Shown here one piece after another: positions 1 through 8,240 of a DNA stretch of 55,626 bases. The stretch comes from Planctomycetota bacterium. Its GTDB lineage: Bacteria > Planctomycetota > Planctomycetia > Planctomycetales > Planctomycetaceae. Position 1 is the stretch's first letter. The number at the start of each line of letters is the position of its first letter. Under the pieces are notes generated by a model. It was not told the origin of the DNA, did no database searches, and was given only the letters and a program-made list of their open reading frames with translations. Made by a program: the position numbers and the translations under genes. The stretch covers positions 1 to 55,626 of the forward strand of contig JAYWFM010000230.1 of the NCBI GenBank assembly GCA_043778825.1, written 5' to 3'.

Positions 1-222
1 GACGATCGCGCTCGCGATCGTCATGGCGTCCGATCTTGATGTCGTCGTAGTCGTAGTCGTCGCGCCATCCCATCGTGCATCTCCTGTTGCGGTTTATTAT
101 GGAACCAACTTCGCATCGGTGCAAGCGGGGCGGCGCGGAAAAGTCGTGGGAACTTTGCCGATGTTGTTTCGCTCAAGTAGTCTAAAGGCATACGGTCCCG
201 CGAACCTGGCGAGGGAGATGAG

Positions 223-3200
223 ATGCCATTTGAGAAAGTCGAAACGTCGGTCGATTTCCCCGCTGAGGAGCGCACAATCTTGCAGCTTTGGGACGAATTG
301 CAAGCCTTCGAGAAGCTGCGGGCGAAGAACCAGGGGAAGCCGAAATGGTCGTTTCTCGATGGCCCGATCACCGCGAATAATCCGATGGGCGTGCATCACG
401 CCTGGGGCCGCACTTATAAGGATGCGTATCAGCGCTACTTCGCGATGACCGGGCATGAATTGCGTTATCAGAACGGTTTCGATTGCCAGGGGCTGTGGGT
501 CGAGGTCGAGGTCGAGAAGCAGCTGAACCTCGGGACGAAGACCGCGATCGCCGAGTACGGGATCGACAAATTCGTGTGGGAGTGCAAGAAGCGCGTGCTG
601 AAGTTCGCCGCCCGCCAGACCGAGCAATCGATCCGGCTCGGCTACTGGATGGAGTGGGACGACCCGGCTCAACTGCGCGGACTGGCTTCAGCGATTGGAA
701 CAGAGCAGCAGATCACGCTGACGACCCCCAAGGGCGTCGTCGCCACCGGCACAGCGGAGCAACTCGTCGAGCAACTCGGCAACCCGGTGTGGGGCGGCAG
801 CTACTTCACGTTCAGCACCGAGAACAACGAGACGATCTGGTCGTTCCTGAAGAAGTGCCACCAGCGCGGCAAGATCTACCGAGGCCACGACGTGATGCCC
901 TGGAGCGGCCGCGCGGGGAGTGCGTACTCGCAGATGGAGATCGCGGATGGACGGAAGCTGACCACGCACCGTAGTTGCTTTGTGCGTTTCCCACTGCTGC
1001 GGGATAGTAGCGTGGGCTTTAGCCCACGCGTTGGGGAAGACAACGACTCGGCGTGGGCTAAAGCCCACGCTACGAACGAGTATCTCCTCGTCTGGACGAC
1101 CACGCCGTGGACCCTCACTTCTAACGTCGCCGCTGCGATCAACCCCGACCTCGACTACGTGAAGCTGAAAGCGAAAAAAGACGGCGCGGTCTACTACTTC
1201 GCGAAAGACAACCTCGAATTCAAACGCTTGGAGAAGGAGTTCAAGGAAGGGTTCGGTCGACCCGAGTGGGCCTGGCCGAAGGACTGCCCCAAGCTGAAGA
1301 CGATCGCCCAGATCTTCAAGGAGAGCGGCGGGTACGAGGTCGTGGGGGAGCCGATCAAGGGAGCCGAGATGGTCGGCTGGCGGTATGCCGGGCCGTTTGA
1401 TGACTTTGCGGCTCAGACAGAGAAACATCCATCGCATCACAACCCTGCAAAGGCAGTTTTCGATATCGATGCAATCGTGTCGAATCTGAAAATCAAGGGG
1501 AACACTTTTGCTGAACTTGCAGGTGAATCATGCCAGGAACGAATGGAATTTATGACGCTAGTCGTGTTGCTGCGATCCGCGTCTGCAGATGTCTTAAACT
1601 CTCAGTTGGCTCAAGATCAAAGAGCAGCCCTCTTGAATTTGGGGCAGTTTGATGAGGCTCGACTGGTCGGAAACCTCGCTGAGGCAGAAGGTTTGTTTCA
1701 GCATGAAAGCTCTACAACGATTACTGATCCGATCGTTGTTGCACAACTGCATGGTCTCCTGAACTTCAATCAACCGAAGCAGTCTGTCGACGCTGGAGAT
1801 CTGAGATATGCGATTCGTAAGACTCTGATTGAACTTCACACGTGCCTGAAATTGTTTTTGCAATCATCTCAGTCGAGTGTCGAGTGCCATCGCGTGGTGG
1901 ACGGCGGTCGCGACTTCAAAGGCACGCCGATGGTCACAGCCGGTGACGGCACCGGGATTGTGCATATTGCTCCGGGTTGCGGTGATGTGGACCATACGCT
2001 TGGCAAGAATCTGGGGCTGGCGATCATTGCCCCATTGGGCGAGGACGCGAACTTTGGCGAAGGCTTCGGCCCTTTCACAGGTCGAAATGCCACGGACCCG
2101 AAGACCGCCGACCTCGTGTTCGAGCTGATGAAGGCCAACGGTTTCTTGGTCTACGTCGAGACCTACCCCCACATCTACCCGCACTGCTGGCGGACGGGGG
2201 ATGAGCTGATCTTTCGGCTGGTGGATGAGTGGTTCATCAACATGGATTGGCGGGAGGAGATCAAGGAGGTCACGCGGGCGATTACGTGGCTGCCGGACTC
2301 GATCCAGGGGCAGGAGCGCGAGGTCGAGTGGCTGAGCCTGATGCGGGACTGGATGATCTCGAAGAAGCGGTTCTGGGGTCTGGCCCTGCCGATCTGGGTG
2401 AACCCCGCAGACCCGACCGACTTCGATGTGATGGGATCGCTGGCTGAGCTGAAGGAGCGCGCGGTCGAGGGGTGGGACGAGTTCGAGGGTCACACGCCGC
2501 ACCGTCCGTGGATCGACAAGGTGAAGATCCAGAGCCTGAAAACCGGCGCGATCCTGACCCGTGTCGAAGATGTCGGCAACCCGTGGCTCGATGCCGGGAT
2601 CGTGCCGTTCTCGACGCTGAACTACAACGGGCGCTACCCCGAATCGGCTCTCAAGTGGGAGGACTGGTTCCCGGCGGAACTTGTCACCGAATGCTTCCCC
2701 GGCCAGTTCCGCAACTGGTTTTACTCGCTGCTGAGTCTGGCCACGATGATGGGGTGGGAAGAGGGGGAGGGAGGCCTAGAGCCTATGGCCCAGGGCCTAG
2801 GGCCAGACGCCGTGGAGCAGACATTCCTGTCTGCATCTTCCGTCGATCAACCATCAACCATCAACCATCAACCCTCTTCTCCGGCCCTAGGCTCTAGGCC
2901 CTCGCCCCTAGGCCTCTCCAAACGCCCCTTCAAAACTCTCCTCGGCCATCGCCTCGTCATGAACGAGGACGGCAAGCCGATGCACAAGTCGGACGGGACC
3001 GCGATCTGGTTCGAAGAGGCTGCGGAACAACTCGGTGTCGATACGCTGCGGTGGTTGTATCTGGCTCAGAATCCGGCGCAGGATCTGCGGTTCGGGACAA
3101 GGCATGGGAAGGAGCCGGTCACGTTGCAAACCGTGGACGGCCCGATTTCGCAGACGCTTGAGGGACTCGCGACTTGCAAGGTCACGAGTACCCCTGCCGA

Positions 3201-4485
3201 CGAAGTCCGCCGTCAAGTCCTGATCCCGCTGTGGAACAGCTACTCGTTCTTCGTGAACTACGCGATCCTCGACGGGTTCGATCCGACGCTGGATGCAGTG
3301 CCGGTCAGCGAACGTCCGGAGATCGATCGCTGGATTCTGTCGAACCTCAACGTACTCATCGGCACCTGCCGCACCGAGTTCGAGAACTTCAACAGCCCCG
3401 GCGTGACGCAAGCGGCAGCGGCGTTCGTGGATGACTTGTCGAACTGGTACATCCGCCGGAATCGGAAAAGGTTCTGGAAGGCGAGGGAAGAGCGAGCCCC
3501 CGACGTAAGTCGGGGGAGTGGCTGGGACGTGGACAAGTTGGCGGCGTACCAAACGCTGTACGAGGTGTTGGTCACGCTGACAAAACTCCTGGCACCGTGC
3601 ATCCCGTTCGTCACCGAGCGGATGTTCCAGAATCTCGTCGTGGGCCACGAAAGCCCAGGGGTTGCAACCCCTGGGCTTGCGCGATCAGTGCATCTGGAGT
3701 CGTATCCCACCGTCGACGATTCTCTCATCGACGCCTCCCTCAACCACCGCATGGCTCTCGCCCAACGGATCGTCAAGATGGGGCATCGGCTCCGCGAAGA
3801 GGCCAACCAGCGCGTCCGGCAGCCGCTGGCCGAACTCAAGTACGCCTGTGCCAATCCGCAGGAGTCCGCCGAGATCGCCGCCCTCGCCGAGGTCATCGCC
3901 GACGAACTCAACGTCAAGTCGATCACCCCCGCCGACAACCTCGATGCCCTCGTCCACTACAGCTACAAACCGAACCTGAAGACCCTCGGGAAGAAGCTCG
4001 GCAAGCTGTTGGGGGCGGTCAAGGAGGCACTGACGACGGTCGACGCTGCCACTCTCGCGCCGCTGCGAAAGGGTGAGTCCGTAACCCTGACCATCGCTGG
4101 TGAGCCGGTGACTCTGGCCCCGGAAGACGTACTCATCAGCACCGAGCAAGCCAGCGACTGGGCCTGTGCCGATGACTCCGGCATCCAGATCGCCCTCTCC
4201 ACCACGCTCACCCCGCCCCTCGTCCGCGAAGGCATGGCCCGCGACATGATTCGCCAAGTGCAACAACTGCGCAAGGAGCATGACCTGAAAGAGAACGACC
4301 GGATCGCCATCCGCTGGTCGGCTGCGGCTGGCGTGGCGGAGTTCGAGACGATGGTCGCCGAATGGCAGGAGTCGATCCTGACGGAGACGCGAGCCGACCG
4401 CATCGAACAACGAGCGGTGGCCGACGGCAAACCCGTCCAAATCGGCGAGGTGGAGGTGCAGTTGAGCATTAAGAAGCTGGGATGA
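223..4485 (+). CDS. ileS: Isoleucine--tRNA ligase (type-2 IleRS), 1420 aa, lengthened by several in-frame insertions
   Basis: The ORF is uninterrupted. It has the N-terminal [20 protein letters not shown] (HIGH region), the editing-domain motifs [11 protein letters not shown] and [12 protein letters not shown], the KMSKS-like GKPMHKSDG, and RRNRKRFW in the anticodon-binding part. Confidence 0.93.
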   Translation: MPFEKVETSVDFPAEERTILQLWDELQAFEKLRAKNQGKPKWSFLDGPITANNPMGVHHAWGRTYKDAYQRYFAMTGHELRYQNGFDCQGLWVEVEVEKQLNLGTKTAIAEYGIDKFVWECKKRVLKFAARQTEQSIRLGYWMEWDDPAQLRGLASAIGTEQQITLTTPKGVVATGTAEQLVEQLGNPVWGGSYFTFSTENNETIWSFLKKCHQRGKIYRGHDVMPWSGRAGSAYSQMEIADGRKLTTHRSCFVRFPLLRDSSVGFSPRVGEDNDSAWAKAHATNEYLLVWTTTPWTLTSNVAAAINPDLDYVKLKAKKDGAVYYFAKDNLEFKRLEKEFKEGFGRPEWAWPKDCPKLKTIAQIFKESGGYEVVGEPIKGAEMVGWRYAGPFDDFAAQTEKHPSHHNPAKAVFDIDAIVSNLKIKGNTFAELAGESCQERMEFMTLVVLLRSASADVLNSQLAQDQRAALLNLGQFDEARLVGNLAEAEGLFQHESSTTITDPIVVAQLHGLLNFNQPKQSVDAGDLRYAIRKTLIELHTCLKLFLQSSQSSVECHRVVDGGRDFKGTPMVTAGDGTGIVHIAPGCGDVDHTLGKNLGLAIIAPLGEDANFGEGFGPFTGRNATDPKTADLVFELMKANGFLVYVETYPHIYPHCWRTGDELIFRLVDEWFINMDWREEIKEVTRAITWLPDSIQGQEREVEWLSLMRDWMISKKRFWGLALPIWVNPADPTDFDVMGSLAELKERAVEGWDEFEGHTPHRPWIDKVKIQSLKTGAILTRVEDVGNPWLDAGIVPFSTLNYNGRYPESALKWEDWFPAELVTECFPGQFRNWFYSLLSLATMMGWEEGEGGLEPMAQGLGPDAVEQTFLSASSVDQPSTINHQPSSPALGSRPSPLGLSKRPFKTLLGHRLVMNEDGKPMHKSDGTAIWFEEAAEQLGVDTLRWLYLAQNPAQDLRFGTRHGKEPVTLQTVDGPISQTLEGLATCKVTSTPADEVRRQVLIPLWNSYSFFVNYAILDGFDPTLDAVPVSERPEIDRWILSNLNVLIGTCRTEFENFNSPGVTQAAAAFVDDLSNWYIRRNRKRFWKAREERAPDVSRGSGWDVDKLAAYQTLYEVLVTLTKLLAPCIPFVTERMFQNLVVGHESPGVATPGLARSVHLESYPTVDDSLIDASLNHRMALAQRIVKMGHRLREEANQRVRQPLAELKYACANPQESAEIAALAEVIADELNVKSITPADNLDALVHYSYKPNLKTLGKKLGKLLGAVKEALTTVDAATLAPLRKGESVTLTIAGEPVTLAPEDVLISTEQASDWACADDSGIQIALSTTLTPPLVREGMARDMIRQVQQLRKEHDLKENDRIAIRWSAAAGVAEFETMVAEWQESILTETRADRIEQRAVADGKPVQIGEVEVQLSIKKLG
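1007..1072. repeat. Class A REP-like double hairpin (GTAG-CGTGGGC-TTTA-GCCCACGC ... GCGTGGGC-TAAA-GCCCACG-CTAC), copy 1, 66 bp, in frame inside ileS
   Basis: Near-identical arms recur at 10147-10213 and 43553-43618. Each arm is itself a hairpin, and the two arms are inverted relative to each other. In ileS the element translates as [22 protein letters not shown]. Confidence 0.9.
1411..1885 (+). other. AT-rich in-frame insertion in the ileS editing-domain region (about 150 extra codons); boundaries approximate
   Basis: GC drops visibly by eye (about 45% against about 60% in the flanks). The block separates ...RYAGPFDDF from ...HRVVDGG...[12 protein letters not shown], which are adjacent segments in canonical IleRS. 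There is no stop codon despite the AT richness. Confidence 0.65.
2755..2925 (+). repeat. Palindrome-rich in-frame insertion in ileS: CCTAGG-cored short inverted repeats plus a (CAACCAT)x3 heptamer
   Basis: GGCCTAGAGCC at 2773 pairs with GGCTCTAGGCC at 2890. GGGCCTAGGGCC at 2793 pairs with GGCCCTAGGC at 2882. AAGAGGG at 2759 pairs with CCCTCTT at 2872. There is a central hairpin GCAGACATTCCTGTCTGC. The block translates as [17 protein letters not shown]...[29 protein letters not shown], between the conserved [12 protein letters not shown] and [15 protein letters not shown]. Confidence 0.75.
3497..3516. repeat. Perfect 8-bp stem hairpin with a GTAA loop (CCCCCGAC-GTAA-GTCGGGGG) inside ileS
   Basis: Read directly from the sequence. 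It encodes the extra residues APDVSRG after the conserved RRNRKRFW. Confidence 0.6.
3651..3678. repeat. Perfect 28-bp palindrome AAGCCCAGGGGTTG/CAACCCCTGGGCTT inside ileS
   Basis: The sequence equals its own reverse complement. It encodes SPGVATPGL just before the conserved SVHLESYP. Confidence 0.8.
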
Positions 4486-4544
4486 GACATCGCCCTTGTT
4501 GTGCAGTTCTCTCGCGTTCTGGCGAACGCAGCCACACGATCGGA

Positions 4545-5822
4545 ATGATACTTTACAGCCTGTCCAGTATCATTCCATCCGAGCGACTGCTACTCTCGTA
4601 TCATTCGCCGAACCCACGCGGGGAGTGTCACTTGCGCCCAAAAGACTTCGGAAAGTCGGCCAGCGGACAACTGGTGCGGTCCAAACTGGGGCACTGGACG
4701 TTTGTTCCGAACCCGCTCCCGCCCGCACTCGAATATGCCCCCCCGCTGGTCAACCGCATCGTCTCGGCGGAGCGGGCGCTCGGGGAGTTGGCCGGGGTCG
4801 GTCAGCTGCTGTCGAATGCCTACTTGTTGATCGGCCCGTTTCTGCGGCGTGAGGCCGTGTTGTCGAGCAAGATCGAGGGGACGGTGACTCGGCTCGACGA
4901 GTTGATGCTGTTCGAAGTCCAGCCCGATCATCCGGTGGCGGACACGGAAGACCGCCGCGAAGTGCTGAACTATGTGCAGGCCCTCGACCACGGGCTGCGG
5001 CGGTTGAAGGAGTTACCGCTCTGTTTGCGACTGCTGCGCGAGGTGCATGAGAAGCTGATGACTGGCGTGCGGGGCAGTGAGAAACGGCCGGGCCGGTTCC
5101 GCGATTGCCCGGTGGTGATCGGTCGCGAGGGGCAGAGTTATGACGAGGCCCGGTTCGTCCCGCCCGCAGCGGAACACCTGACCGAGCTCCTGAATGACTA
5201 TGAAAAATTCCTCAACAAGCCGGGTGAGCTGCCGGTCGTGGTGCAGTTGGCCCTGGCCCACTATCAGTTCGAGGCGATCCACCCCTTCATGGACGGGAAC
5301 GGTCGCATCGGGCGGCTGCTGATCACATTGATGCTGTGCGAGCGAAAATGCCTGCCCCAGCCGCTGCTGTACCTGAGTGCGTACCTGGAACGGCATGACG
5401 ACGAATACAAGGATCACCTGCTGCGGGTCAGCCAGAACGGCACGTGGACCGAGTGGATCGACTTCTTCGCCCGTGGGATCGAAGAGCAATCGCGAGACGC
5501 CGCCAACCGGGCTCGGCGGCTGCTGAACCTGCAACAGGCGTATCGCGAGCGGCTTCAGAAAGTGTCGGTGTCCTCGAACGTGCTGCTGATCGCGGATCAC
5601 TTGCTCCAGTCGCCGTATGTGACGATTCCGCTCATGCAAAAGCTGCTGGGAGTGACCCACCGGGCAGCGTCGATGAACGTGGCCAAGCTGTTGGAACAGG
5701 GGATCCTGCAAGAGACCGACCCCACGCGAAAGTCGAGCCGGGTGTTTCACGCTCCCGAGGTTTTGGCGCTGCTGAACGCCGATAAAGTCGACCCGCCCGA
5801 AGTGTCGAGCGAGTCTCCGTGA
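4545..5822 (+). CDS. Fic family protein (AMPylase-type Fido domain) with an N-terminal Fic/DOC_N-like region and a C-terminal wHTH-like tail
   Basis: It has the Fic motif HPFMDGNGRIGRLL and the inhibitory-helix-like motif SSKIEG ([ST]xxxE[GN]). The N-terminus KDFGKSASGQLVRSKLGHWTFVPNPLPP is typical of this family. The start is uncertain: ATG 4545, or TTG 4632 preceded by GGGGAG. Confidence 0.85.
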   Translation: MILYSLSSIIPSERLLLSYHSPNPRGECHLRPKDFGKSASGQLVRSKLGHWTFVPNPLPPALEYAPPLVNRIVSAERALGELAGVGQLLSNAYLLIGPFLRREAVLSSKIEGTVTRLDELMLFEVQPDHPVADTEDRREVLNYVQALDHGLRRLKELPLCLRLLREVHEKLMTGVRGSEKRPGRFRDCPVVIGREGQSYDEARFVPPAAEHLTELLNDYEKFLNKPGELPVVVQLALAHYQFEAIHPFMDGNGRIGRLLITLMLCERKCLPQPLLYLSAYLERHDDEYKDHLLRVSQNGTWTEWIDFFARGIEEQSRDAANRARRLLNLQQAYRERLQKVSVSSNVLLIADHLLQSPYVTIPLMQKLLGVTHRAASMNVAKLLEQGILQETDPTRKSSRVFHAPEVLALLNADKVDPPEVSSESP

Positions 5823-6859
5823 TGACCACCGAACCCGTGAAGTCTGTCCGAAAACCCCGTCGCTGGGTTCGCTGGGTCGGTGGCCTGCTGATTGTGATCA
5901 TACTGTGCGGGGGGATGCTGTTCCGCGTTCACTGGGTCAACCAGCGGTCGGACGCGGCGGTCGTTCGACTGCGAGAAGTTGCCGGTGTTGCGGATGTCAT
6001 GTCGACGCCGTTTCCCTGGGCCCGATTTGTTCCGGCCCGGTTTCAATCGCTGGTGCCGCAACGTCGAGTCCCTCATCAGGTGATCTTCCATTCGGGAACC
6101 CAGAACCCTGGAAAGTACCTGCGAGACATCCCTGCACAAGGACTGGGCTATGTCACTTTCGTCCAGTCCGATCTCATACCGGAAGACTTGGATGTCCTCA
6201 CTCAGTTCCCCAATCTTTTCGTACTCAGGATGAGCGAATGCCAGCTCGCCGAGGGGACGCTGCGCGGCCTCCAGAATCTGCCAACGTTGAGTGAACTGAC
6301 CGTCTGGAAGTGTACGCTGTCGTCGACGGAGTCCATCGACTATGCGAGATTGTCCAATCTGCATTTCCTGCATTTGACCGGGTCCAACGCCAGCGACAGT
6401 CTCCTGCGAGGCATGGCCGACCACCCGCGACTGACCTGGCTGTATCTGGACGGGACAGCGGTCACCGACGAGGGATTGCGGGAAATCCGTCGCCTGCCCC
6501 GTCTCAATCGACTCCATCTCGGAAAGACGCGAGTGACCGGGATCGGGCTGGCGGAACTGGACTCCCCGGTCACTCAACTCAATCTGGTGGGAACACGAGC
6601 AGACGATCGGGCGATGACAGCCATCGCCCAGTTGTCGTCGCTCGAAACGCTCGATCTGGCGCGGACCAAGGTCACGGTGGTGGGCGTGCGTCACCTCCAG
6701 CAGATGCCAGCACTCGGAGATCTGGTTCTGGACCGCTGCAATGTGGGCGATGAGGTGCTGGAACCCCTGTCAGCCTTCCCCCGACCCATTCGCTGGTCGG
6801 CGATTGGAACCCGCCTGACACGGCAACAAACGATCGATGCACCACAAAGGCCGCTGTAA
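5822..6859 (+). CDS. Membrane-anchored leucine-rich repeat (RNI-like LRR) protein
   Basis: An N-terminal TM helix (WVGGLLIVIILCGGMLF) is followed by repeated LxxLxLxxTxVTDxGL units. Its start overlaps the Fic stop (gTGATG). Confidence 0.8.
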   Translation: MTTEPVKSVRKPRRWVRWVGGLLIVIILCGGMLFRVHWVNQRSDAAVVRLREVAGVADVMSTPFPWARFVPARFQSLVPQRRVPHQVIFHSGTQNPGKYLRDIPAQGLGYVTFVQSDLIPEDLDVLTQFPNLFVLRMSECQLAEGTLRGLQNLPTLSELTVWKCTLSSTESIDYARLSNLHFLHLTGSNASDSLLRGMADHPRLTWLYLDGTAVTDEGLREIRRLPRLNRLHLGKTRVTGIGLAELDSPVTQLNLVGTRADDRAMTAIAQLSSLETLDLARTKVTVVGVRHLQQMPALGDLVLDRCNVGDEVLEPLSAFPRPIRWSAIGTRLTRQQTIDAPQRPL

Positions 6860-6876
6860 GTCTCTTCACTCAACTC

Positions 6877-8004
6877 TCAACCCACTCCAAGATCCTCATA
6901 CAACGCCGTCAGCATCTCCCGGAACCGTCGGTTGTGCGGCACCTCGCCGGGGTAGCCATTCGCCACAGCGGCCACGGCCAGTCGGTGTTCCGGGTCGGCG
7001 AACCCGATACAGGACTGCGAGCCCCCGTGACCGAATGACTCTGCGGAAGCCCGCCGACCGAAACCATACGGGATCGTATTCGCCCCGTACTGATTCGAGT
7101 TGATGATCAGACCGAGCCCGAAGTCGACCGTGTGCTGAAAGGTCTGGTCGAACTGCGCCATCCGGTGCCGCGTCGTCATCTGACGCACCGACTCCGCGCT
7201 CAAGAGCGTTCGTCCCTCCCATGTCCCCTCACACAGCAGCAGCTCGTAGAACCTCGCCAGCTCCCGAATCGGCCCGCGACAACTGCTACCGGGGGCGGGA
7301 GAAGTCACCGTCTCGCGCAGGTGGCTGTGGTTCATCTTCAGCTCACCGGCCTGGGCCACATGAATGCGTCCGAGCCGCGACTCGTACTCCTCATACCGCG
7401 AATCCGGGATCGCCAGCCAGGCGTCACGCATCCCCAGCGGCTCGAAGAGGTCACTCCGCAATACCTCCGCGACCGACCGGCCTCGCAGCCGCTGAACGAT
7501 CTCGCCGAGGATGAACCAGCTGCGCTGCGGGTCATAGGCCGGGGTGTCGCCCGCGACCGCCCCGGCCTTCAAGGGAGCCGCACAGATGCGGGCGATGATC
7601 TCGTCCCAGGAGGTACTCGGCCATCCGAGCGCGACCGCCTCAATCCCGGCCGTGTGGGTGAGCAGATGTCGCGTCGTCACGCGTTCCTTGCCCTGCTGGC
7701 CAAACTCGGGGATCAACTCCCGGACCGGTCGGTCGAGTTCAAGCCGCCCCTCCTCGACCAGTTGCATCGTCGCCAGTGCGGTCATCGGCTTCCCCGCGCT
7801 GAGCCACGGCAGAATGTGATCGATCGTCAGGGCCTCGCCCCGCTGATTCTCCCCAATGGCCAGATCCACCACCGGTCGCAGTTCGCGAGACACATACAGC
7901 TGCACCCCCAGATGCAGCCCGCGCGTGATCCCGCTTTGGATGACCGCGAGGGTCTGCGGGAGCCGGCTCTGGGCCGCGTCGAGGGTCGTGATGGGTGGGT
8001 TCAT
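6877..8004 (-). CDS. Serine hydrolase, beta-lactamase/PBP (class C-like) family
   Basis: It has the SxxK motif SAGKPMTALATMQLVEEGRLELDRPV, LLTHTAGI, and the C-terminal HGGSQSCIGFADPE. I chose ATG 8004; the ORF extends to a TTG at 8073. Confidence 0.85.
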   Translation of the reverse strand: MNPPITTLDAAQSRLPQTLAVIQSGITRGLHLGVQLYVSRELRPVVDLAIGENQRGEALTIDHILPWLSAGKPMTALATMQLVEEGRLELDRPVRELIPEFGQQGKERVTTRHLLTHTAGIEAVALGWPSTSWDEIIARICAAPLKAGAVAGDTPAYDPQRSWFILGEIVQRLRGRSVAEVLRSDLFEPLGMRDAWLAIPDSRYEEYESRLGRIHVAQAGELKMNHSHLRETVTSPAPGSSCRGPIRELARFYELLLCEGTWEGRTLLSAESVRQMTTRHRMAQFDQTFQHTVDFGLGLIINSNQYGANTIPYGFGRRASAESFGHGGSQSCIGFADPEHRLAVAAVANGYPGEVPHNRRFREMLTALYEDLGVG

Positions 8005-8131
8005 CCGAGGGATTGTCTCGGCGGAGGACCGGTTTCTCAACCGCTCGCCAGAGTCGTCAGGCCGATGCCGCAAGCCAGCCGGACGGCGTCAGCCCCGTGG
8101 CACTTATTTCATGGGCACTGGCACTGGCATT

Positions 8132-8180
8132 GTCGCCTTTTTCTCCGAAAAAGGACGTTCTTTTTCGGAGAAAAAGACGA
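8132..8180. repeat. Class B palindromic element (GTCGCC-TTTTTCTCCGAAAAAGG...CTTTTTCGGAGAAAAAG-ACGAC), copy 1
   Basis: It has the same architecture as the copies at 18697, 20038, 47418, 48977 and 55581. Confidence 0.85.
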
Positions 8181-8240
8181 CCGTCGATGACTACTGACCG
8201 GGCAATTCGTGCCACGGAGGAGTCAGCCGCAACGCTCACC

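Noticed and set aside
1-222. A T-box or other leader riboswitch upstream of ileS, and the 22-nt palindrome GACGATCGCG-CT-CGCGATCGTC at the window edge.
   Set aside because: I could not recognise a specifier loop, a T-box sequence or an attenuator with a U-tract. The palindrome is cut by the window edge and its context is unknown.
1594-1863. An antisense 89-aa ORF inside the AT-rich ileS block as a separate gene.
   Set aside because: There is no RBS, no recognisable motif, and it lies fully inside the ileS frame. It is mentioned in the finding but not called as a feature.
1411-1885. An intein or self-splicing intron interrupting ileS.
   Set aside because: No intein junction signatures are present: no Cys/Ser/Thr at the N-junction, no His-Asn followed by Cys/Ser/Thr at the C-junction, and no LAGLIDADG or HNH block. 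The 150-codon size is small. The open reading frame argues against a typical group I or II intron, and I see no IEP/RT ORF. It is kept as an unexplained in-frame insertion instead.
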